64,000 bases of DNA from contig CDROCS010001147.1 of NCBI GenBank assembly GCA_977020255.1, positions 868,001 to 932,000 of the forward strand, given 5' to 3'. This document shows, one piece after another, positions 13,753-26,984 of this stretch; the first letter of the stretch is position 1, and each line of letters begins with the position of its first letter. The DNA comes from Obrimoposthia wandeli (lineage: Eukaryota). A model generated the notes under the pieces. That model was not told the origin of the DNA and did no database searches. It was given only the letters and a program-made list of their open reading frames with translations. A program made the translations under genes and the position numbers.

Positions 13753-15904
13753 CTAAATAAAATATACATATATTGCATAGTAGTATCTGAAATTCAATTT
13801 CTCCCAAGTAAAAAATATATAGTTGTGCGAAGTCTGCCTTATCGCTGTTTAAAACATCAGAACAGCACCGAACCTGAACCAGAATAAGAACAGTGAAATA
13901 TCACAGGCTGTGCTTCATTTATACCTTTGCTGTCTTACTCAGGAAAGGGTTATGTTAAAATGTTCAAAAAGCGGGAAGCACTTTACTTTACTATATATGG
14001 GATTTTCTACTCGGAAGAAACGGAATTTTGTGGATTTTATTAACTTGAGATAATTTTCTTTTCTGTTTTACAGCAGCACTTTTATTTTAAACTTCTTTTA
14101 ATTTTTTCACTGTTTTTTATTTCAATTACCCAGATAAAACCCATATATAATTTGATTTAGCCATGATCTTACGTGAACTAATTGGTGTCGCATATTAGAC
14201 AAAAACTAAAACTGTACTATTTCTTCAGTAATTTTTCAAATATGATTATGTTGACCTACTGAATTCACCGTGTATCGTTGTATTTGTACATATAATATAT
14301 ATTTGAAACAGTTAGTAGCAAAGTCATGGTATACTTTGAAATATTAACATGATGTTACCAACACATATGAAACTTTTCCTCTTTTTGAAAATGTCTTTCA
14401 CTCAATCAAGATCTATTTGAGAAATTTCAACTAATTATAATTAGAAAAAGTTTATTTTAGAACAAAAATATCCCATGCACATGAAAATGCAAAAAAGTTA
14501 CAAACAGTTTCAAATAACATGTGAGGTTATATATTTATATTATAAAACAAAACCTTTTCTAATCGTGATATTGTTAGAAAATAATCAATAATCTCCGTAA
14601 ACCTATCTGCATCATTCAATATGCAGAATTTTACAACATGTGTTATGATAATGATATTGATGAATTATGTGTATTATTGCTGTGGTTGGTATACGTTTAT
14701 TTAACATGTGAGGTTATATAGGATCATAATCGGTTATAATATTAATGAATTCTATGTGGTCTTGTAAATGTTAGAAGAGAAAACAATCCATTTAACTTCT
14801 AAAACATCTAAATAATTCGTCACATATTAATTCCTTTTCTAAAACATCTAAATCTTCTCCACTATTAGCTACATTATACCACTTTATACTCCAACTTTCA
14901 ATAAAATACTACATTAGAAATATCATTGCCTTAGGATAACAAATTCCCCCTCTGATCCACATTAAAAATTGGTTAAACACCTTGTTAAATTGTCTTCTAA
15001 ACTGTTCTGAAATTAGGTGAACATCGTTAATTTCTCATCCCAAACCCATCTTTGTAATTTATTTTCTAGAAGTACATGAACATCTGGATAAAATCTCCCC
15101 TAAACTACCTCAACAATTTATCTTCTGTCATTTTGTCTTCTAAACCATTCAATTTTCTTGTTAATTTCCCTTCTAAACACCTTCTTAATAGCTTTACTTT
15201 AATTTCCTTTCTAAATCCCTCTATGCATCAATTTTGCTACTTTCAAACATATATCGAATAAGTAAAACCTATCAACATTTCACTTTTAGAAAACCCTTTA
15301 ATTAACCATAATTGCTCTTCTCGTACATAGCAGAGTATAAATTCCCAAACTCCTCCACATATATCGAATACATCAATAATTCACTTTTAGAACATAATTA
15401 GTAGATATATTTTTAACATATTTTGTGAGCATTATATTGCACAGACACACAAAATATTACTATACTCTTTGTGTTCTATTTCCTTGCTATATTCAATCAA
15501 CTTGCAAATTTTTGCATAAACGAATCAGAACACATTCATAATGTTAATAAAACTCTATCCCAATTTACTTAATTTCTGGTGGATTACTATGTTTCAACCT
15601 CTGGCGCAGTTGCTCCATCAAATCGTCCGGCCAGGCATGTTTACTATATATATATAACCCAATTATCTTGCTGCTACTAAAAGAAAACGTCCTTTGAAAA
15701 AGTGAATTATGGTCCCAAAATTAGATATTTCATATGTAGACAAATAGTAAATCCAAGATGGCTTGGAGAAAGATATATTTAAATTCTGCCGTTTCACTGA
15801 TTATAGAATATTAAAACAAGACTTCAAACAACAATCCCCCATGATCTCTAGATCACACATAGTCTTCTAAATAGGCTGGTCGTTATACAGCCATTTATGG
15901 GCAT

Positions 15905-16075
15905 TCTCTGGTCCCATTGGAAGCCACTTCTTCTTCTCCTACATTCGCAATTGTCTCTGGCCGTTCTGGTAGTGTTATTGGAATCTGTCTGACGTCGGCC
16001 ACGTGTCGAAGAACTCCGTCGATTTCTATTTGCGTTGCTCCACTCAAACCAGTAATTACTCCCTTAGGTCAAAAA
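15905..16075 (-). mobile_element. Gypsy integrase C-terminal fragment
   Basis: Minus strand KGVITGLSGATQIEIDGVLRHVADVR resembles the G-x-V/I-T...V-E-V-D-G-x-x-R-H-V-x-D-x-R tail of some Gypsy integrases. Confidence 0.55.
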
Positions 16076-16091
16076 ACCTTTTTTTCGCGTA

Positions 16092-16192
16092 CACACCTGC
16101 ACGAAATTTCACTCCACACACATGCACGGTTTTAAAGAACAGTGGTAGCTCCCCCCCGGTGAGTGGATTAGACCGGACACATTCACCTACTC
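16092..16192 (-). repeat. Isolated inverted copy of the element A terminus
   Basis: Reverse complement gagtaggtgaatgtgtccggtctaatccac...ctgttctttaaaaccgtgcatgtgtgtggagtgaaatttcgtg matches 33945-34032; similarity stops at the same boundary. Confidence 0.9.
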
Positions 16193-16965
16193 TCCATCTA
16201 AACCATAAAGAATTTTTTATCATTACAACACATGGAAAAAGACCAATCAAAATCTACCACCAACACATCGAAGGTTTCCGATTTTCAGAGCAAATTTCCA
16301 AACCGAACTTGAAATTACAATAGCAGATGGGCAAAACTCCATTGTAGCATCAGACGTTTTTAATATATCGATATATTTTTTAAACAACAGTTTCATAAAC
16401 AACACACAAAAATTTTAAAAAAAAACCTAATGTGAAGGAATACAAAAACAAAATTAAATTGCCGTCATTTTCAACCATCAACCTCAAAAAGTAAAAAAAA
16501 TTAAACAAGAAAAAAAAATTCTAATAAAATTACAACGTAACTTCACTTTCTTTACTACAAATTAATAAAATATGCAAGTTTTACGATTAACTACAATTCA
16601 GGAATAAATATTAAACACTTTTTGAAATTTCCAATTTCTCTAAAATAAATTCTCGTACGGCAATTTCACGATTTAATCCATTCCCAAAATTACAAAATTT
16701 ATATTGAATAAAGCAAAATATTTATAATTTGATTTGCTTTAATTTATTTGAGAAGGAGTAACAAAGACGGAAGTCTTAAACCAGGGTATACAGAACATCG
16801 TCTAACCACCACAATTAGATATCATAGGAACACGAATAAAGGGGTAATATTTTATCTCAAACCTCAGATTAAAGGATACGAAGACGTAAATGTGATGCTG
16901 TGTAAGAGGTTATATCCATCACTTATTTCAGGTGATTGAGGCGTATTTGACAATGTAAAGCTTAC

Positions 16966-17229
16966 CTACGAGCGTGTAGCATTTGGTTGTATTGAAAATA
17001 TTCCCACAAGTAAAACAAATAAACCGGCAGTGCAAATCGATATCGTTATCAATCTTCATAAATAATTTGTTGGTGCCCGGGACGTATTTTACCTTGGAAC
17101 TGTTGCTATACATCTGAAATTTGACAAGTTTCGCCAGCCACAGTGGCTTAATGTCGCACCGGATTGTAGGCTCTGACATGTAGTCCCAGTATTTCCCAAC
17201 GGGAGTTATCTTGATAGTGGGTCTATCGC
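16966..17229 (-). CDS. Host multi-Ig-like-domain gene, exon e (264 bp, phase 1-1)
   Basis: tctcaattgcAG|gc gat aga...ctc gta g|GTaagc; IRCDIKP...LHCRFICFTCG...TKCY. Confidence 0.85.
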
Positions 17230-17657
17230 CTGCAATTGAGATGAAAATATCCACAATAGAAACACCAATTCGAGAATGATAATACAGTTCCAGCAACAAC
17301 CGATAAATTTTATGAACATATTTAGAAATTAAAAGTAAAAGTAATATTGAAATAAAAATAAAACAGTCGGTAATAAAACAAACATTCACACAAAAGATTA
17401 AATCTCCTCATTTAACTAACCCATGTTTGAACAAAGAAATGTATTCTCCGGTGAATTCATAGTGAGTCAATTAGTTTGGATATGCTGGAATGAAATTTGA
17501 ATCACAACAACTGTTGTTAACTCAAGGTCACATATCCTTGTTTTATTATTGTGAACTATACATGCATATATATTGCTCAATGTTTATGAAAACAAGAAGA
17601 TGGGACTTGGAGTTCAAAACATTTAGTGAGATTCAAATTTTATTCCAGTTGACACAA

Positions 17658-20600
17658 TTGACACAACATGAACTACACCTCAGACAGTCCACATACCACC
17701 AATCACCCAGCACCAGCATCCACCAACAAGGCTTATTCAAATTAATTGACACAACATGAACTGCACCTCAGACAGTCCACACACCACCAATCATCCAGCA
17801 CCAGCATCCACCAACAAGGCATATTCAAATTAATTGACACAACATGAACTCCACCTCAGACAGTCCACACACCACCAATCACCCAGCACCAGCATCCACC
17901 AACAAGGCTTATTCAAATTAATTGACACAACATGAACTACACCTCAGACAGTTCACACACCACCAATCACCCAGCACCAGCATCCACCAACAAGGCTTAT
18001 TCAAATTAATTGACACAACATGAACTCCACCTCAGACAGTCCACACACCACCAATCACCCAGCACCAGCATCCACCAACAAGGCTTATTCAAATTAATTG
18101 ACACAACATGAACTCCACCTCAGACAGTCCACACACCACCAATCACCCAGCACCAGCATCCACCAACAAGGCTTATTCAAATTAATTGACACAACATGAA
18201 CTGCACCTCAGACAGTCCACACACCACCAATCACCCAGCACCAGCATCCACCAACAAGGCTTATTCAAATTAATTGACACAACATGAACTCCACCTCAGA
18301 CAGTCCACACACCACCAATCACCCAGCACCAGCATCCACCAACAAGGCTTATTCAAATTAATTGACACAACATGAACTGCACCTCAGACAGTCCACACAC
18401 CACCAATCACCCAGCACCAGCATCCACCAACAAGGCATATTCAAATTAATTGACACAACATGAACTGAACCGCACCTCAGACAGTTCACACACCACCAAT
18501 CACCCAGCACCAGCATCCACCAACAAGGCTTATTCAAATTAATTGACACAACATGAACTGCACCTCAGACAGTCCACACACCACCAATCACCCAGCACCA
18601 GCATCCACCAACAAGGCTTATTCAAATTAATTGACACAACATGAACTCCACCTCAGACAGTCCACACACCACCAATCACCCAGCACCAGCATCCACCAAC
18701 AAGGCTTATTCAAATTAATTGACACAACATGAACTCCACCTCAGACAGTCCACACACCACCAATCACCCAGCACCAGCATCCACCAACAAGGCTTATTCA
18801 AATTAATTGACACAACATGAACTGCACCTCAGACAGTCCACACACCACCAATCACCCAGCACCAGCATCCACCAACAAGGCTTATTCAAATTAATTGACA
18901 CAACATGAACTCCACCTCAGACAGTCCACACACCACCAATCACCCAGCACCAGCATCCACCAACAAGGCTTATTCAAATTAATTGACACAACATGAACTG
19001 CACCTCAGACAGTCCACACACCACCAATCACCCAGCACCAGCATCCACCAACAAGGCTTATTCAAATTAATTGACACAACATGAACTCCACCTCAGACAG
19101 TCCACACACCACCAATCACCCAGCACCAGCATCCACCAACAAGGCTTATTCAAATTAATTGACACAACATGAACTCCACCTCAGACAGTCCACACACCAC
19201 CAATCACCCAGCACCAGCATCCACCAACAAGGCTTATCCAAATTAATTGACACAACATGAACTCCACCTCAGACAGTCCACACACCACCAATCACCCAGC
19301 ACCAGCATCCACCAACAAGGCTTATTCAAATTAATTGACACAACATGAACTCCACCTCAGACAGTCCACACACCACCAATCACCCAGCACCAGCATCCAC
19401 CAACAAGGCATATCCAAATTAATTGACACAACATGAACTGCACCTCAGACAGTCCACACACCACCAATCACCCAGCACCAGGCATACACAAGGCAAATTA
19501 ATTGACCAATGAAGTCACCCAGCACCAGCATCCACCAACAAGGCTTATTCAAATTAATTGACACAACATGAACTGCACCTCAGACAGTCCACACACCACC
19601 AATCACCCAGCACCAGCATCCACCAACAAGGCTTATTCAAATTAATTGACACAACATGAACTGCACCTCAGACAGTCCACACACCACCAATCACCCAGCA
19701 CCAGCATCCACCAACAAGGCTTATTCAAATTAATTGACACAACATGAACTCCACCTCAGACAGTCCACACACCACCAATCACCCAGCACCAGCATCCACC
19801 AACAAGGCTTATTCAAATTAATTGACACAACATGAACTGCACCTCAGACAGTCCACACACCACCAATCACCCAGCACCAGCATCCACCAACAAGGCTTAT
19901 TCAAATTAATTGACACAACATGAACTGCACCTCAGACAGTCCACACACCACCAATCACCCAGCACCAGCATCCACCAACAAGGCTTATTCAAATTAATTG
20001 ACACAACATGAACTGCACCTCAGACAGTCCACACACCACCAATCACCCAGCACCAGCATCCACCAACAAGGCTTATTCAAATTAATTGACACAACGTAAA
20101 CCTCGCTGCACACAGTCTCCACACCACCAATCACCCAGCACCAGCATCCACCAACAAGGCTTATTCAAATTAATTGACACAACATGAACTACACCTCAGA
20201 CAGTCCACACACCACCAATCACCCAGCACCAGCATCCACCAACAAGGCTTATTCAAATTAATTGACACAACATGAACTGCACCTCAGACAGTCCACACAC
20301 CACCAATCACCCAGCACCAGCATCCACCAACAAGGCTTATTCAAATTAATTGACACAACATGAAGTCCACCTCAGACAGTCCACACACCACCAATCACCC
20401 AGCACCAGCATCCACCAACAAGGCTTATTCAAATTAATTGACACAACATGAACTCCACCTCAGACAGTCCACACACCACCAATCACCCAGCACCAGCATC
20501 CACCAACAAGGCTTATTCAAATTAATTGACACAACATGAACTCCACCTCAGACAGTCCACACACCACCAATCACCCAGCACCAGCATCCACCAACAAGGC

Positions 20601-21951
20601 TTATTCAAATTAATTGACACAACATGAACTCCACCTCAGACAGTCCACACACCACCAATCACCCAGCACCAGCATCCACCAACAAGGCTTATTCAAATTA
20701 ATTGACACAACATGAACTCCACCTCAGACAGTCCACACACCACCAATCACCCAGCACCAGCATCCACCAACAAGGCTTATTCAAATTAATTGACACAACA
20801 TGAACTCCACCTCAGACAGTCCACACACCACCAATCACCCAGCACCAGCATCCACCAACAAGGCTTATTCAAATTAATTGACACAACATGAACTCCACCT
20901 CAGACAGTCCACACACCACCAATCACCCAGCACCAGCATCCACCAACAAGGCTTATTCAAATTAATTGACACAACATGAACTCCACCTCAGACAGTCCAC
21001 ACACCACCAATCACCCAGCACCAGCATCCACCAACAAGGCTTATTCAAATTAATTGACACAACATGAACTCCACCTCAGACAGTCCACACACCACCAATC
21101 ACCCAGCACCAGCATCCACCAACAAGGCTTATTCAAATTAATTGACACAACATGAACTCCACCTCAGACAGTCCACACACCACCAATCACCCAGCACCAG
21201 CATCCACCAACAAGGCTTATTCAAATTAATTGACACAACATGAACTCCACCTCAGACAGTCCACACACCACCAATCACCCAGCACCAGCATCCACCAACA
21301 AGGCATATTCAAATTAATTGACACAACATGAACTCCACCTCAGACAGTCCACACACCACCAATCACCCAGCACCAGCATCCACCAACAAGGCATATTCAA
21401 ATTAATTGACACAACATGAACTCCACCTCAGACAGTCCACACACCACCAATCACCCAGCACCAGCATCCACCAACAAGGCTTATTCAAATTAATTGACAC
21501 AACATGAACTCCACCTCAGACAGTCCACACACCACCAATCACCCAGCACCAGCATCCACCAACAAGGCATATTCAAATTAATTGACACAACATGAACTCC
21601 ACCTCAGACAGTCCACACACCACCAATCACCCAGCACCAGCATCCACCAACAAGGCTTATTCAAATTAATTGACACAACATGAACTCCACCTCAGACAGT
21701 CCACACACCACCAATCACCCAGCACCAGCATCCACCAACAAGGCATATCCAAATTAATTGACACAACATGAACTGCACCTCAGACAGTCCACACACCACC
21801 AATCACCCAGCACCAGCATCCACCAACAAGGCTTATTCAAATTAATTGACACAACATGAACTCCACCTCAGACAGTCCACACACCACCAATCACCCAGCA
21901 CCAGCATCCACCAACTAGGCATATCCAAATTAATTGACACAATATGAACTC
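17658..21951. repeat. Intronic satellite array, 88-bp unit, ~49 copies
   Basis: Unit ttgacacaacatgaactccacctcagacagtccacacaccaccaatcacccagcaccagcatccaccaacaaggcttattcaaattaa; period checked at 20461/20549. Confidence 0.98.
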
Positions 21952-23075
21952 AACGGAGAATTTCTTTCTTTGTTTTTGTTAAAGGAAGTTATACATGCAC
22001 ACGTTGCACAATTTGGAATACGCTGAACTTGAGGCTTGGATAATCGTAGTTACAATTTATTCTCTTCAAAATGATTTGAAAATGCAAATAGAATTGTTTT
22101 AATCTATTTCCTTTTATGTTACAAACAATCTTTCTCTCATTCTTCTCTTTGAAAAATATCGTTGACTAAATTCTAACAGTATTGACTCGCCTTTGCTTTT
22201 TTTCTATCTCTGGGTCGTTGTGGTATCCTCTTGAATAGTGTGAGATCTTCTTGTTAAATGTCACCCCTTGCTTAAGTTATAGCCCGTTTGTGAAATTCGA
22301 TCCTTGACTAGATTCCTTTCTTCTACTTTGCGCATGTTGTCTCCAGTCTTCAAATTTTGGGGTCTACATCAGCGAAGTTTCTGTTTCCCTCATATGATAT
22401 CGCTTACATTATATATTATGCAATTAATTAAGAAACGTAATTTATTTCCATAGTAATTTCTCCTTTGAGGGAATTGTGAAGTTGTTATCTATCTTAACTG
22501 AATTATGGCATCAAAAAAGATTTTTAAAAACACTTCAACCTGTTTTATGCCCTCGCCTGCTGCTCTTTTCATCGAGGGAGCTTCATTGTTTATCTGCTCG
22601 CGGTTAACACCAAATGTGGAAACATCGATTGACCATATTTACATTTATCCCAATGACTAAAATGCTCTCTAGCTCGATAAAACGATTTACCCTGTTCCAT
22701 GAACGCCATTATATTCTTTTGAATGCCTAAGAAAACGTATTCATATTCATAAATTATGGAAAGGGGAAATATTTGAAGTGATGTAATTCCAATGATTCTT
22801 TAAAAAAAAGCTTTTATCAACTAAAAAATGCAACAACCGAAAATAGACAAAGCGTTAAAAGTATGACTAAAACTATTTTAGCAAAAGTTATACTACATCT
22901 GGACAGTCCAGCTATGAGGAATAGCCATGCTAAAAAGAAATGTCTGTTTCAAAAACTGTGATAGATAGAAAACGGAGATTTGGAGATTTTGTACAAATTT
23001 AGCTTTCCAGATAAAAATGTTGAACACGGAAATCATATGAATTCCCGGATCCCTGTAGCATTGAAAGGGACTTAC

Positions 23076-23342
23076 CGAATATCGAGAGATTCCAGTCGAA
23101 AGCAATGCGGAACGGGTCCATTGTGCAGCTAACTTTGTATGTACCTGTCCGAGTACCATTACTTATGGTTAATAATCCCTTTTTCTGTTCATACCTTATT
23201 GTGCGGTTTAATATTTTACAATATGGAAATGTCTCCCACGACTTTGACGGCGGATAGGACAAAAATATGAGAATATTTACCTTTTCGTTTATAAGAGAAA
23301 AATAAATTGGTTTTTTTACAATAATTGTTCTATTATAATTGT
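23076..23342 (-). CDS. Host multi-Ig-like-domain gene, exon d (267 bp, phase 1-1)
   Basis: gacatttcAG|ac aat tat...ata ttc g|GTaagt; FPYCK...TRTGTYKVSCT. Confidence 0.85.
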
Positions 23343-23599
23343 CTGAAATGTCAAATAGAAACATAATAAAGCAAAACAAACATCAACATCTAACGTCATA
23401 TCGCAGCGTAAAAAAAAATTCATAAATGAATCTTTCAATACAGAGTAGCTCAGAATAAAAATTACAACTCCACCTTCAATTCACGAAATGCAGTTTGTGT
23501 AGGGACAAATGTAATTAGCACTGACTTATAAAACTAGTTTTTGGTCATTACAAGCCTATTTATGTCTGTTTGATCCTCGGTGTGGCACCGGCCAAGCGA

Positions 23600-23805
23600 T
23601 CTTGTGTCAGTTTCAGTCAGCCTCGCTGAGAAGTTGTGAAAACGGGATCTCGAATCCAGCCAAGCGAGTTAAATCAGAGACGTGCGTGTTTGCAGGGCAT
23701 GTTTGCATGAGACTGGGCCGACATGATGAGATTCTGGATGAGCCATTGTATGGAATCTTTCTAATTCTGATGCCCAGATTTCGACAGTTTAGAGGTTTTC
23801 TTTAA
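23600..23805 (+). mobile_element. Possible non-LTR retrotransposon RT C-terminal fragment
   Basis: VKSETCVFAGHVCMRLGRHDEILDEPLYG resembles the RLRF/WAGH tail of RTE-like elements; short and degenerate. Confidence 0.35.
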
Positions 23806-24459
23806 AAAGAGTAAATTTTGATGCCAGCAAATTGTGTATTTGTTTATTATTTATACAGTTTGTATACAAATGAATAAAATTATCTCATTTGTTTAACAAA
23901 AGAAATTGAAAGAAAATAACTTTCTTTGCATACATACACGCTGTGCTTTGTGAATTACTAAAAATGAAGTTGTAACAGTTATTTTAAATTAGCCTGTACT
24001 AACTTTAATGAAATTAACAATTTTCACAAAAACTACATTACATATCGTGAGTGTTTGTAAGTAAAATTAATATAAATACAAAACCGAAAACAAAATAATA
24101 AGTCCATCCAAATTAAAATTTTAATTAAATGGACTGTTCTCTAGCAATTTTATTTCGTTATGCCGTGAAAATGGAAGGACAGGCAATAAATCTTTCAATA
24201 TATCTACTAGCATACTGATCTTCGTTTTTGTTTCCAAACGTCTAAAATCGTATTAAAAATGTCATTATATTATAACGGAATTGAACTACTTTTTAGTACA
24301 TTTTCTATAAACTTGCAGTTAAAATAATAAAAGCAGTAAAACATTTATTAGTATCATTTCAAACAAATAAGTAAATAATGACATTATAAAAAATCACTTT
24401 TATATTCAAATAAATTTTTAAAAATCTCAAAAAGGTTATAAAAGAGATTATTACAAAAT

Positions 24460-24960
24460 TTTTGCTTATTGCTACTGCATCTCTTTGAAATGCTCTTTCA
24501 AGGTCTTTTAAATGATCGTACTCAGCCATATCAGAGTATATGTTTTGTAATTAGAATCCCCCAAATATTACCCATACTGGTATTATCTGGAGAGTACGTG
24601 GGCTAGTCAAGAAAGTTGATATTACCGCCTACAAGCCATGATTTTGCATCGTTTTCAGTGTTAATTGAGGCAGAACCTTGCTGGAAAATAAATCCAGTAC
24701 GAATATATGGTAAGAAATATATTAAAATATCCAAGTAATATTTGGCCATAAGGGACTTTTGTGGTGTTCGTATTGTTGGGGTTTCTATATGAAACTAGAT
24801 CCTCGTATGGAGGCCCCCAATGTGAGTTCTATAGCAATAGGTCTTACAGATAGATGAAGCCTATTTTAGATTTATCCTACCTAATTTAGTCTCGAGTCTG
24901 AAGGCTTTTGTGTCAATGTAGTGAGAGATGTGTACAGAGATGTGTACACAAGATACTGAG
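24460..24960 (-). mobile_element. Tc1-like transposase relic
   Basis: Minus strand MAKYYLDIL...GFIFQQGSASINT...SWL...NINFLD*PTYSPDNTSMGNIWG, matching FQQDNA...W-P-x-x-SPDLNPIENxWG with mutated catalytic residues. Confidence 0.8.
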
Positions 24961-25331
24961 ATGTTTCCATTATTTTGGTGTAGTGTATAGAGGGTTTGGT
25001 ATGGCCTGATTGTAGGTGGTGATTCAAAACAACATCACTTGATTGTAGGAAAACTTTATTCTTTAGCTCACTCTACTAGGTTCTTAAAAATTACAACAAC
25101 TAATCCTATGTCACTTTACTAGATTTCTCTAAAATGGGGATGCCTTAACGTATCGATTTTATTTTTCTGTATAGTGGGTTGAAATCGGATTTTACGCTCT
25201 CGTCTAAACTTTCTTTTATTCTAAGAATAGACAACTGTCTTTTAGTTACATATGAATAATCTTTAATTTCCAATAAGCAATTTTACTTCATTAAACTTTA
25301 TTTCAAATGGGCAACGATTTAAATTGTTTAT

Positions 25332-25533
25332 CTCAAATGAGTAATTTCCGAAACTCAAATGTGAAATGAATTAAAACGGATAATTTCCGAAACTCAAATG
25401 CGAAATGAATTAAAACGGATAATTTCCAAAACTCAAATGGGAAATGAATTAAAACGGATAATTTCCGAAACTCAAATGCGAAATGAATTAAAACGGATAA
25501 TTTCCAAAACTCAAATGGGAAATGAATTAAAAT
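25332..25533. repeat. 39-bp minisatellite, ~5 copies
   Basis: taatttcc(g/a)aaactcaaatg(c/g)gaaatgaattaaaacgga repeated; copies 2-5 alternate between two variants. Confidence 0.95.
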
Positions 25534-25541
25534 GTACACAA

Positions 25542-26676
25542 ATCCGTCTACTTATCTGCCTCTTACCCAGTTATCACCTATCTCCCACTTATTCTCTTCT
25601 CTCGCCCACTTACCCACATCTTGCCTACTTATCTGCATCCGTCTACTTATCTGCCCCTTACCCAGTTATCACCTATCTCCCACTTATTCTCCTCTCTTGT
25701 CCCCTTAACCACCTCTTGTCTACTTATCTGTATCCGTCTACTTATCTGCCCCTTACCCAGTTATCATCTCTCTCCCACTTATTCTCCTCTCTTGCCCACT
25801 TACCCACCTCTTGTCTACTTATCTGCATCTGTCTATTTATCTGACCCTTACCCAGTTATCACCTATCTCCCACTTATTCTCCTCTCTTGTCCCCTTAACC
25901 ACCTCTTGTCTACTTATCTGTATCCGTCTACTTATCTGCCCCTTACCCAGTTATCATCTCTCTCCCACTTATTCTCCTCTCTTGCCCACTTACCCACATC
26001 TTGCCTACTTATCTGCATCTGTCTATTTATCTGACCCTTACCCAGTTATCATCTATCTCCCACTTATTCTCTTCTCTCGCCCACTTACCCACCTCTTGCC
26101 TACTTATCTGCATCTGTTTTCTTATCTGCCCCTTACCCAGTTATCATCTATCTCCCACTTATTCTCTTCTCTTCCCCACTTATCCACCTCTTGCCTACTT
26201 ATCTGTATCCGTCTACTTATCTGCCCCTTACCCAGTTATCACCTATCTCCCACTTATTCTCCTCTCTTGTCCCCTTAACCACCTCTTGTCTACTTATCTG
26301 CATCTGTTTTCTTATCTGCCCCTTACCCAGTTATCATCTCTCTCCCACTTATTCTCCTCTCTTGCCCAATTACCCACACCTTGCCTACTTATCTGCATCC
26401 GTCTACTTATCTGCCCCTTACCCAGTTATCATCTCTCTCCCACTTATTCTCTTCTCTTCCCCACTTATCCACCTCTTGCCTACTTATCTGTATCCGTCTA
26501 CTTAGCTGCCCCTTACCCAGTTATCGTCTATCTCCCACTTATTCTCTTCTCTTGACCACTTACCCACATCTTGCCTACTTATCTGCATCTGTTTTCTTAT
26601 CTGCCCCTTACCCAGTTATCACCTATCTCCCGCTTATTCTCCTCTCTTACCCCCTTAACCACATCTTGCCTACTTA
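25542..26676. repeat. 95-bp pyrimidine-rich minisatellite, ~12 copies
   Basis: atccgtctacttatctgccccttacccagttatcacctatctcccacttattctcctctcttgcccacttacccacatcttgcctacttatctgc; ORF-track starts recur every 190 bp. Confidence 0.95.
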
Positions 26677-26984
26677 ACTACCTCCGAAATATAACCTGTG
26701 GGAATACTTTTAATTTTGTATCTACACATGTACATTTGGTTTCATCACAATAATGTTACACGTATATTTTCAGCTAGCACTGACATATCACTGCTGGTGT
26801 CACTGTGTTGTTAGGGTAGGACTGTAACCTGATAAGGAATGACTATCTCCCAATAAGATATGTATTTCTGGTTTTATACTATGTATATAAACGTAGAGTT
26901 GTTTGACCATCAATTTTCCTCAAAGCAATTTTCAGTAAGATAAGTATTATACTTTTTTCTTTTTTTATGAGTGTGAGTTATTAA

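Noticed and set aside
17658-21951. CRISPR array or repeat-encoded protein
   Set aside because: Units are head-to-tail with no unique spacers, there are no cas genes, the context is a eukaryotic intron, and the 88-bp period is not a multiple of 3.
25398-26753. Leu/Pro/Ser-rich ORFs in the ORF track
   Set aside because: They are by-products of the 39-bp and 95-bp repeats; they recur every 190 bp and shift frame with each unit.
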